Shown here piece after piece: positions 1-10,400 of a stretch of DNA of 64,000 bases. Both the position numbers and the translations under genes were made by a program. The DNA comes from a candidate division WWE3 bacterium. Lineage in GTDB: Bacteria > Patescibacteriota > WWE3 > 2-01-FULL-39-13. The stretch's first letter is position 1, and every line of letters begins with the position of its first letter. The notes beneath the pieces were generated by a model. It was not told the DNA's origin and did not search any database. It worked only from the letters and a program-made list of their open reading frames with translations. The DNA lies in NCBI GenBank assembly GCA_027002375.1, contig JALWZX010000011.1, positions 18,317-82,316 of the forward strand, in the 5' to 3' direction.

Positions 1-49
1 TACGCAACTACCAGCTTTACAAGCGCTATGGACACGATATAATTCTTGC

Positions 50-568
50 ATGGGACAACAAATCAAGCGTATTCCTCGTACAGAAATAGGAAAAAGGTTA
101 ACCCTCGAAAGCATTCAGGATATCCTATACGGCACAGATTACCAACTGAATACTTTAGATACTGGTGAAGAAATTATCGTGGGAACAAGAACAGATGTAG
201 AAAACCCATTAAACAGATTTGCACATACGAACAACGAATATCTTTTTCCACTTGCTGTTACGACTTATGTTAATGTTTGGGAACATGGACTCGGCGTTCT
301 ACATATTACCACTCCAAATCGGGGGCGTCCCGGTTCACGCATAAAAGTAACCGTGATATGTGCAGTACCTGAAAAAAACGACAAATTTGTAGGATTAGGT
401 TTACTTGGACCTACCGTTAACTTCACCAATGCGTCTATCTATATTAATCAGATTGAACAACTAATGAGAAATGTGCAAGAAACACATAATACAGATTTTA
501 CAGATTACTCTCCGCTGTTTGAATTAATCCGTGCAATAAGCCACCCTACCTCGGCAGATAACTCTTGA
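50..568 (+). CDS. hypothetical protein (172 aa)
   Basis: Intact ORF with no recognisable motif. A possible -35/-10 (TTACAA..TATAAT) lies at 20-46. It ends with TGA. Confidence 0.35.
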   Translation: MGQQIKRIPRTEIGKRLTLESIQDILYGTDYQLNTLDTGEEIIVGTRTDVENPLNRFAHTNNEYLFPLAVTTYVNVWEHGLGVLHITTPNRGRPGSRIKVTVICAVPEKNDKFVGLGLLGPTVNFTNASIYINQIEQLMRNVQETHNTDFTDYSPLFELIRAISHPTSADNS

Positions 569-2087
569 AATTCTCAGGTGTAATGTAAACCTTAGTAGTT
601 TTCCCTGTAATAATTTCTAGCGCGGCTTTGCGTGCCATATTCTCTAACATTCTCTGAAGCGAACGAATTCCACTATCAAAACCAAGAGGTCTAATCAAAA
701 CTGGCCAAACATCTGGCGAAAACTCTAACTGATCTTCTTCTAGCCCTGTTGTCTGACGAACACGTGGCAATAAATAATCGCGCGCAATAGCCTGCTTTTC
801 TTCATCTGTATACGAACCCATCTTTATAACTTCCAAACGATCAAGCAAAGCCGCGCTAAACGTACCAATCTTATTTGCGGAAACAATAAACATCACATCA
901 GACAAATCAAACGGATAATCCAAATAGTGATCTCTAAACGATGTATTTTGCTCAGGGTCTAAAATTTCAAGCATTGTTGCCATAACATCAGCCAACAAAC
1001 CTGCCTGCCCAGATGCCTTATCAAGCTCATCAAGCAATATTATTGGGTTTCGCACATCTGTTCTAACCAATGCCTTAATTATCTGACCAGGTTCTGCACC
1101 TTCAACGGCCTTATTTCTTCCACGAATTTCTAAAATTGAACCAATAGCACCCATTGAAATACGATAAAACGGCCTATTTAATGCTTTTGCGATACTCTTT
1201 GCCATTGTAGTTTTACCTATACCCTGAAGCCCCACCATACACAAAACTGGCGATCTTTTCATAGCCTTAAAATCCTTCTTTTGTGCCAACAATTTTCGCA
1301 TAGCAATATACTGTAAAACACGTTCTTTCACTGGCTCTAATCCATAGTGATTTGCATCCAACGTCTGCTTAACTCGCTCAATATCTAAAACCTCATCTGC
1401 AAACTTGTTCCATGGAACCTTAACCACCCAATCAATATAATTACTCAAAATGTCGTATTCACGCGAATAAACACCCGTTCGCGCCATTCTTTCTAAACGC
1501 TTAATCATCGTATAAATCTGTTCTTTTAAATCTTCAGGCGAAGCACTTTGTTCAATCTTTGTTCGCAATGCTTCAATTTCCTGCATTTCTTGACTATTTT
1601 TATTTGTGGAAATTCCGCCGTTCATTCCACTCCCCTGCTTATTAACTGTTTCTACTCTTTCAGTTTGCGTACCACCATCTTGCTTACTACTTGCATAATT
1701 ATCATCGTGATTAGTCCCAGTTTGGGCGCTTAGGTTTTGATTAACATTATTCTGACCAACGCTACTACTAATATCAGCCTGCCCAATGCTGTCCCGATTA
1801 GTACCTATTTGAGTGTCTAAATTCACGTTAACGTTATTCGGCCCCACATTACCGTCAACACCAAATTGCCCAGTGCCATTTTGATTGGTTGTACTTTGGC
1901 CAGTTACTTCTCTAACATCACCACCTTGATTACCACCCGTTGTATTGTCTTGATTTGAACTAGAATTGTTTTGAGAATTAAAACTACCAACAGAACCCGT
2001 ATTTACAACATCGTTTCTATTATTTCCCCCACTAAAATCATTAAAGGAATTATTATTTGAAAAAGAATTGTGTTGGGCAGTATCCAT
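546..2087 (-). CDS. Lon-family AAA+ ATPase module without peptidase S16 domain, with N-terminal Q/N/G/T-rich low-complexity region
   Basis: Walker A is GLQGIGKTT. The sequence is collinear with the LonA helical and AAA+ core (HYGLEPVKERVLQYIA..., ILLDELDKA, LLDRLEVIKMGSYTDEEK, sensor-2 GIRSLQR). The ORF ends just after ...ITPENFKSYLPR, where the LonA protease domain would begin. No Ser-Lys dyad region (GPSAG) is present. The N-terminal ~170 aa are N/Q/S/G-rich. Confidence 0.75.
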   Translation of the reverse strand: MDTAQHNSFSNNNSFNDFSGGNNRNDVVNTGSVGSFNSQNNSSSNQDNTTGGNQGGDVREVTGQSTTNQNGTGQFGVDGNVGPNNVNVNLDTQIGTNRDSIGQADISSSVGQNNVNQNLSAQTGTNHDDNYASSKQDGGTQTERVETVNKQGSGMNGGISTNKNSQEMQEIEALRTKIEQSASPEDLKEQIYTMIKRLERMARTGVYSREYDILSNYIDWVVKVPWNKFADEVLDIERVKQTLDANHYGLEPVKERVLQYIAMRKLLAQKKDFKAMKRSPVLCMVGLQGIGKTTMAKSIAKALNRPFYRISMGAIGSILEIRGRNKAVEGAEPGQIIKALVRTDVRNPIILLDELDKASGQAGLLADVMATMLEILDPEQNTSFRDHYLDYPFDLSDVMFIVSANKIGTFSAALLDRLEVIKMGSYTDEEKQAIARDYLLPRVRQTTGLEEDQLEFSPDVWPVLIRPLGFDSGIRSLQRMLENMARKAALEIITGKTTKVYITPENFKSYLPR

Positions 2088-2182
2088 GTGATTAGTATAT
2101 CAAAGGTATGTTTTTATAAAAAGCACATTGTGAAGCTTGCACAGTCATCATTTTGCACTTTTCTCACTAAAGCGAGTATAGA

Positions 2183-2698
2183 TTACTGAGCAAAACCAGA
2201 GTAATCATCGTTGTCTACAACAGTAACGCTCGTTTTCACATTTCCTGACTGAGTATTATTAGTGGAATTCGTATTCGTTTCTGTATCACCAGTTGATATA
2301 CCATCATAATCAGAATTTGTATTGTTCGTATTTGAAGGCAAAGTCACGTTACCAAACCCATCGCTGTCCTCATTATTCTTATTTTGCCCACTATTTCCCG
2401 TGCCAAACCCGTCATAATCTTGGGAATTAGCATCGTTATTCATATCACCATTGTATTCTGTCTCAACACCAGCAACTGCACCATTATCGTTATTTTGATC
2501 TGTAGCATCAACTTTTTCTACAGGTGCTGTATCAGTAATCTCTTTATTTTCTGTGCCACTAGTAGTTGCATCATCATGTGCAACTTGGCTTTTCTTAGAC
2601 ACAATTACCCCTGCTACTGCGCCGAATCCAACAAAAAGAACTACTATAACAATTGGTATTATCATTGATTTAAATTCCATTTTAATTTTAGTTGTCAA
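2183..2698 (-). CDS. membrane-anchored low-complexity protein (N-terminal TM, D/N/G/T-rich tail with D[YS]DG[FI] repeats)
   Basis: Hydrophobic segment IIPIVIVVLFVGFGAVAGVIV. Repeated DYDGFGTG/DSDGFGN/DYDGISTG/DYSGF motifs. Confidence 0.45.
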   Translation of the reverse strand: MTTKIKMEFKSMIIPIVIVVLFVGFGAVAGVIVSKKSQVAHDDATTSGTENKEITDTAPVEKVDATDQNNDNGAVAGVETEYNGDMNNDANSQDYDGFGTGNSGQNKNNEDSDGFGNVTLPSNTNNTNSDYDGISTGDTETNTNSTNNTQSGNVKTSVTVVDNDDYSGFAQ

Positions 2699-2766
2699 TT
2701 TTAGTACTACTATGTTCCAAAATTAACTCTCACTATTTTAATGGTATTCACAAACAAAAACAATCT

Positions 2767-4239
2767 TTAGTTCTGCCCTTCGACTTTTGGCAAACGTCCA
2801 AATAATATTATCGAAGGCTCTACCATTTCACCCGATAGTATATCACAGATGGTCTGACTTGTCTTTACCAAAATTGGCTTTAATAAAACACCTATATCAA
2901 AAACTTTATCAAATACATTCTGCAAAATCTCTGCTTTTTCTTTATCATTCTTTTTCCATGGTTCATTCGCATTCAGATACTCGTTTGATTCCCTAACTAA
3001 TTGGGAAATCTCATTAATAACGTCATGAAGGCGGAATTCCTCATAACTATTCAAAATATTTTCATGCTCAGATATAACCTCTTGATACTCACGAACTTCG
3101 GCTAGAACTTCAACATCACGCCCCATTTTATTAATTCGCGAAACTAAATTGCCTAGCCCATTAACCAAATCAGACGTATATTTACTATCAAACAAACCAA
3201 AACTTGCATCAGAATCGTCTTTGTATGGCAAATAAGCAAGCACCAAATAACGCGTAGCATCGATACCATAACGATCTATTAGAGCTGGAACATCAATAAC
3301 ATTACCCTTAGACTTACTTATTTTATCACCACCAACAGTTAAAAAACTGTGAACAAACGTAGACTTAGGAACATCATACCCTGCAGAAAGCAACATCGCT
3401 GGCCAGATAACATTATGAAACCACGAAATATCTTTACCCAAAACATGCGTAGCGTACTGCCAAAAATCTTGATTTTTATTAATTTCTAGAGAAGATAGAT
3501 AATTGATCAACGCATCTACCCAAACATAAACAGTTTGTTTGTCATCATCAGGAAAACCAACAGCCCATGAAACCTTATCAGCAGGTCTTGAAATACTTTG
3601 ATCTTCTAGCCCACCCTGAATTCTTGCTACTATTTCGTTCTTCTTACCAATTGGGTAAATTTTAAGAGTATCATTTTCTATTAATTTAAGTAGTTTATCA
3701 GAATATTTAGATAGCTTGAAAAAATAATTTTCTTCTTCAATCTTTATAACCTGATCTGGCCTATGAAGTGGGCACAAACCATCTTCAGTCATCTCGGATT
3801 TTGTTAAAAATTTTTCACACCCATAACAATAAACACCTTCGTACTTATCTTTATAAACATCACCTGCGTCAATCAATTTCTGCACAAAATTTTTAACAAA
3901 ATCCTCATGCTCCTTATTCGTTGTTCTTACAAAATAATCATAAGAAATCAACACATCATCAAATTTTTCTTTAAAATAATTCGACCTCATATCAACATAA
4001 TCTTGTAAATTATCATACCCAAGCTTTTTCGCAGACTGCTCAACCGTTGTACCATGCTCATCAGTGCCTGTGGTAAAAAACACGTTTTGACTTCCAAATA
4101 ACAATCTATAATGTCTAGCCAAAACATCCGTAACAGTAGTCGTCAAAAGATGCCCAATATGAGGCTCGCCATTAGCATAAAAAATCGGCGTAGTTAAATA
4201 TTTCTTTCTATTCATTTTATTATCATTAGTGGAATTCAT
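2767..4239 (-). CDS. metG: methionyl-tRNA synthetase (short form, no C-terminal tRNA-binding extension)
   Basis: HIGH motif (PHIGHLLT) and KMSKS motif (KISKSKGN) are present. A zinc knuckle (CYGCEKF...CPLH) is present. It has a class I aaRS anticodon-binding helical C-terminus. Confidence 0.9.
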   Translation of the reverse strand: MNSTNDNKMNRKKYLTTPIFYANGEPHIGHLLTTTVTDVLARHYRLLFGSQNVFFTTGTDEHGTTVEQSAKKLGYDNLQDYVDMRSNYFKEKFDDVLISYDYFVRTTNKEHEDFVKNFVQKLIDAGDVYKDKYEGVYCYGCEKFLTKSEMTEDGLCPLHRPDQVIKIEEENYFFKLSKYSDKLLKLIENDTLKIYPIGKKNEIVARIQGGLEDQSISRPADKVSWAVGFPDDDKQTVYVWVDALINYLSSLEINKNQDFWQYATHVLGKDISWFHNVIWPAMLLSAGYDVPKSTFVHSFLTVGGDKISKSKGNVIDVPALIDRYGIDATRYLVLAYLPYKDDSDASFGLFDSKYTSDLVNGLGNLVSRINKMGRDVEVLAEVREYQEVISEHENILNSYEEFRLHDVINEISQLVRESNEYLNANEPWKKNDKEKAEILQNVFDKVFDIGVLLKPILVKTSQTICDILSGEMVEPSIILFGRLPKVEGQN

Positions 4240-4404
4240 ATGATGATTTTAACACAAAATAAAAAGCTAGTAATGGTAAATATCCTGACTAAAGTTTAGA
4301 ATTTTCTATGATTGTGTTTGTTCACACATCTCCCACCTGAAATGGATTAATTCTATAGGCGTGGTAACGATTAAAACAAACACCACCTCACCCAACACCG
4401 CAAA

Positions 4405-7400
4405 TTAGTTTACGCAAGAATTCAAGTCAACTTTTGCGTTCCCCTTACAATACATATAAGTTTCTACATCTGACGATTTATTGCATGTGTTATCTAATAT
4501 AAATCTATCACATCTTTTCTCGTTATTTGTGCTTGAAACTAAAACAAGATTTAAATCACCGCTTGGATCACTACTATAAAAGTCGTTATCAAACCTAAAC
4601 ACTATGTCACCATACGGATAAAACCCATCTAAAAGTGGCACCCTAAATGGGTATTTATGATTTGATAAGTCTTCTACAAATGCTGTTCCAATCAACCTAT
4701 CATTCAGCATTATAGAAAGTTTCGCCCTTTTAGATTTAGCGATACCAGACACCTGCGATCTAGCTATCACGTATTCGATACGGCTGTTCTGCGTATCATC
4801 GCCGACAACTCTTATATCTCCGCCACAATACATGTGTAAGTCGAAATTCTCATCAAAAAAGTTATATTTGCAGTATGAAGCAGATAAATTGTCATAAACT
4901 ACATTAGTATCATTATCTTTAATACTCTTTATTACCAAGTTAACGTCTAAACCTGATTCTTCAGACGAATCATCGTTATCATAAACAAAATCCAAATCTT
5001 TTATATCAGTACCTACAGGCACTTCTACAACATAATCATTAAAATCATCTTTATCAATATAAACACTAGTATACTTTGTATCACCATTGTAGACAGAAAT
5101 TCTCGGCAACCTGTCAACATCACCAAAATTCTCTTTCTTTGCCGACATAACTATTTTTTTAGTTCGCGGACTTTCAGGTTTCAAGCACCTTATTGCAACG
5201 GGTGAATTCCAAATTTCAGTATCATTCCCACCTGTACCTTCTATATTTTTAGCAACAATATAAACCTTATGCTCCACTTCGTCATTTATGTAATTATCTA
5301 AATTCACAGAAAACCCATGATATGCGAATTTCTTTCCACCGAATTGTACTTCGAGATCGCTTCTATAATCATCGGCAACCATATCTTTAATTCTATTACT
5401 AGGGTCATCTATCGCTATATTTATACCAACGCCCTCTGCTGGTTTGTCTTGATCCCTAACCCATCCTTTTACAGTACATATGTCATTTTTAGCCACAACC
5501 ATACCTTGTGGGTCAAATAAGTTCAGGTCATTAATAACGTCGGTAGCTTCGTCTGAACAACCATCGTCACTTATCACTACTTTGTATTTAAATTTACTAT
5601 TTAGGGGGAATTCATCAGTTGTATTTCGCTCATCCTTGTAGTTGTACACATCGGCGAAATTGTAATCAGTATTTTTTGCAACAGCAACGTTGTTAACAAT
5701 GGTCTTCTCAACAGTTATGCCATCAGACACATAAATTCTGCTTAATTTTAACCGTGCACCATCTGAAATATCAGACCCTGTCTTTATGCTTACTGTAACT
5801 TTAACCGATGGGGCTGGATTTATTGATTGTATCACATTAATATTATCGAATTTAATACTATTATCCGAGAAACATATATTGCCTGGTGGCGGATTATTAT
5901 CGATTGTATATTTCAATAAATACCACGAATGATTTTTAACCTTTATCGTGTCATTACTTAAATCAACCGTCTTAGGTGCCACAGTGTTCAACACATTATC
6001 AGCATTTCTGTAATCTACCAAAACACCATTCAATGCACTACGATCTGCATCATATATACAGCTACTACCCCTGCTCTCTTCATAACATCCAACAACATAT
6101 TCTTGAACATTAGACTTATCTAAATTAAGTCCACCCGGTAAATTTAACTTTACGCTTGAATAACCATCTCTGATATGCCTGTTAACGATTACAAAATAAA
6201 CAGCATTCTTTTTATCTGTATAAGCGTATGTGCTAACAGTTTCTTCCTTGTCATTATTTGTTTCTAACATATATGGTGCCCTCGATATGTACTTGTCATA
6301 TAATTTAAAGGTTAAATACGGAGGACTAACATTTCCATACCCACTTATAATTGAATCGCCGCCCCATGTAGAGAAGTGCGTAGCACCATATACCCCCAAT
6401 TTTGCGTATCTACTCAACATGTCAGCGGTAAATAATTCATCCGAAACGGTACCCCATGCCACACTGGTCGAACCTGAAGTTTCCCATTCTGTTGGTATAT
6501 ATTTAACATTAGAAAGCCCTTTGTTATTCAAATATTGAGTAGAACATTCATAAAAAGCATCTAAGAACTTATAGCTTTCAATATCTTTTTCTATTTTACT
6601 TTTAACATTATCAGAAAGATTAACATTTACATTCCCAATAACAATCTCTTTACCACGTTCATCTGACGTAACAATTTCGTTTACACTTCGATCGCAATAG
6701 ACATCCTTACCGTAATTCGCAAGTGAGTTGTCTACACATGCCTTCTTGTCAACACTATCGTTTACCCTACACAATCCATCACCCCATGCGCGAAGTGGGT
6801 AACTGTGAGGTGTCCAAAAATCTGGTTTCGCAATATTACCGTTATCAACTTTGTTAAAACCGTCCCAAAACCCATTCAAACTATATTTCCATGAATCACC
6901 GTAACCAATATATGCACCAAGTTCTACATCAGAATATCTCTGTTTAAATCTTTTTGCAAAAAGTGCGTACATTTCGCCATACAATTTATAACGCGCATAA
7001 ACTCTGTCGTGTCCAATACCATAATTATAACTATTATCATAATTGGTCCACCAAATCTCGGGCTCTGAACCAAACTCTACATATTTAATAGGCTTTCCAA
7101 CTTCTTTTGAATAATCAATTATGTCAAAAAGTTCGCGAATCATCTCATCGAAATCAGGATTGTTTATGACATCATTTCTAATTGCGTCGGCATTTGTATT
7201 GCAGTGCCCGCTTTTACAACTTGACGGTTCTATAGTCGCCCCTGGTTGTACAGAAAAGATAAAATCGCCATTTATACTCTTGGCTAAAGATAAGTATTTA
7301 TCTAATAACCCACTTGTTAAAGGAAATCTACCATCTTTAAAAACAACACGATTAAAATCACTATCATCTACCAGCTCTTGCCCAACCGAATTCCCATTAT

Positions 7401-10400
7401 TATCAACTTCTCTTATACTAAATTTGTCAACTATCAATTTAGTATTATCGTCATTTCTGTCAGTTAACCCAATAACGATTCTAACCACCCCAGCATCTTT
7501 ATTAAGTAACGGATTATATGTAAAGTAGATACTTTTGGTTTTATGATTAGAAGTATTATCAACGTTTTGTACATTCTCATCAAACAACATTGTAGATCCA
7601 ATATAAAACCTTAACTGATCTTTATATACAACCGTTCCCCTTAATCGCATTTTGTTATTAACCATAGCATGATCACCTATTACAGAGTATACAACTGACA
7701 CTTTATATTTAGCACCTTTCTTAAACTTTTTGGCATCAATATATTGAAAAATTCTACCACTTCGAACAAATTCTACAGAACTACCATCATACTTTTTTAT
7801 ATAGTCATCCGAACCAGATGCGAATGACCATTCGTTAATATCTGGGTTTGGTATATACACATAAGATTTGTCACTATACCTGTATAAAGGCACTTTCAAA
7901 TCTTTTAATGGTGCAATATATAAACTCTCATCGTTTTCATTCAAGACTGACGATGCCTTAGGCGTTAAATTTTGACCTAGAAGAGCTCTACTAAAAGCTG
8001 AGACATACTTATTTTCGACATTCATCTCTAAACTTGAAATTTCTGTACCAGAGAATCCAGTTATTTCGTCAGTTTCGTTGTCATTAGTTACATTTTTCAT
8101 CAAAGTAACATTATCAATATAAAAATCGTTTGAGGCATTTGAATCTGAAAGAAAGTATAAATTATACTTTCTTCCGCTATGTGCTTTGAACACTAGATTT
8201 ATATTATCCCAATTCTCAGATTTGCTAACATCTTGTACAACAACAACACTGTCATCAGTAGCATCCTTAATAAAAACCCTCAATTTTCCTCTCTCTACAA
8301 ATACATCTGCACTAATAGAATATGTATTAGAATCTAGCAACAAATCACTATCATATTTAATTCCCACCTCTGCACCTTCTGCGTGAATCTTTTGACTCTT
8401 TTTTCCGGTAGCTGATTTGACACTCGTAACCAAGAATCCCTGTGGGACTGTTACCGGCCCCACTCTTCGCCATTTATTACCTACTGTACCAACAGTACAA
8501 ACCTGTGATTTCTCAACCTCAGTTTTGGTGTCATTAGTTTCAAAACCTGCCGAATCGCCTACATCAAATGTTTGTACGCCTGTGCCGGCTGTCGTAAGAA
8601 TTAATTCACTAATAACATCTCTACCATCACTGTTATCCTTTAGCATAATATCGAAACCGTTTGGCCATCGTGGCTTTAAGTAATCAGGTAAGTTAGAATT
8701 AGAATCCCCAATAGCACCATTAAATACAGGGTTCTCTATTATCCACGATCCCGACACCCACTTTTTAGTATTATGTTTTTTGACTGTGACCAATTTAGTT
8801 GATCCACTTTCCCCAGCGTACACAATATCAAATGTACCGTTATCATTGTCTAACCACGTCATTTTCAACAACACTTTTTTACCATTCAACTTTTTCACCC
8901 ATTCATCGTCAACATCTATTAGTATATTTTTATCAATGTATCGCGCAGAATAATATCTCCAATCGTTTTTACCTTCCCCAGTTGATTTAGTCAGGTCTCT
9001 AAATTCCTTATCCTTAGACCAAGCTGTTAAATCATCACTATTTTTTGGCGACCACCTATTAGCTAATTCCAAATCAGTTTTCATACCGTATGTGTAATTA
9101 AAATAATCAAAACAATAAAAGTTATCGTTGACGGGCCGACCTTTAAAAGTTATCCATATAGTATCGTTGTCTTTTGGTGGAATTCCTAGGTATTTATTAC
9201 CGAATGCTATTATATCTTGTGGTATCTTATACCACGATCCAGTTACTGGATCATTTGGATCATTAGACATCCATAACATTATTCTTCTATTCCTTCTAGC
9301 AACTGAATTTCTAAAAGTCCACTCGAACAATGCTCTAGATGACACATATGGTTCATAGAAATGATGATATTCTCTATTAGACGGATACCCCCACCCTAAT
9401 GCCTCAGCTTCTAACCACATGGTATGCATATGCACATCAAAATCGGCGGGCGTGTACTTAGGATATTGTAACTGCATATAGATCCTGTTGTATCTCTTGT
9501 CAAATGCTTTCAAACATCCAGTCTGAATAGGATATAGACCACTTTCTTGAATTCCAACTCTGTATTTAGCCAAATACTTACGCCATGCCTCACCCATAAA
9601 TGGAAAAACATAACCTGAACTGGTCTGTACTGAAATATCCTTAGACACATCTTTCCACTCTTCCCCAATCTCAGATACAACGGGTACAATATAATCGTAA
9701 ACATATCTAGGATCCTTAGTCTCTTTGTACTTATATGAGGAATTCATAAACGCATCTCTCCACGCGTCTGTTGAACACCCGCCATATTGTGTAGTCATCC
9801 ATGGCTTAGCTTCACCAGCTGACCCTGGACCATAAACAACTCCTATAACACGATCGTCATTCTTAAATTCTTTTGCAAAGCTTCTTGTCCATTTCTTCAT
9901 TTCACTAATTGTGGAGGGCGACAAATAATTCAGTCTCCATGCCGAACATTTCGCATCGTCATTTACATAAATCATGTTACTGGGGTTTGAAGCTATTCTT
10001 TGTGGAACGTATGCATCGTACTGTTGCCCGTTTGGAAGTTTACTAAAATCACTATATCCACTGGACATCAATCTGATAATAACTTTGTTTTCAGGTCTAA
10101 GCTTGTTCAACTGATTCTTAATTCTGCCCCAATCGCCATCCGTTTGCGCCCAAGAAACATTCATTAAGATAATGTGAACACCAGGGTTCCTATCTATCCA
10201 CCTTTGAGCATCGTCTATATCGCTCCTATCAACCATTAAGCCACTTGTGTTAATCGTATCCTTACGCACTGGCTCCGGAAGCTTGTATGTCTTTACATCC
10301 ATATCGTCAGAATCGTTAGGGATAATTCCACCGGCTGGTATGTTTTCTACATTATCCGACAAGTCAGGTGTACTATTTTTTTCATTCTGCGACGCATCGT

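Noticed and set aside
2384-2668. 94-aa plus-strand ORF
   Set aside because: It is antisense to the membrane-anchored low-complexity protein at 2183-2698 and is Cys/Ile-rich noise.
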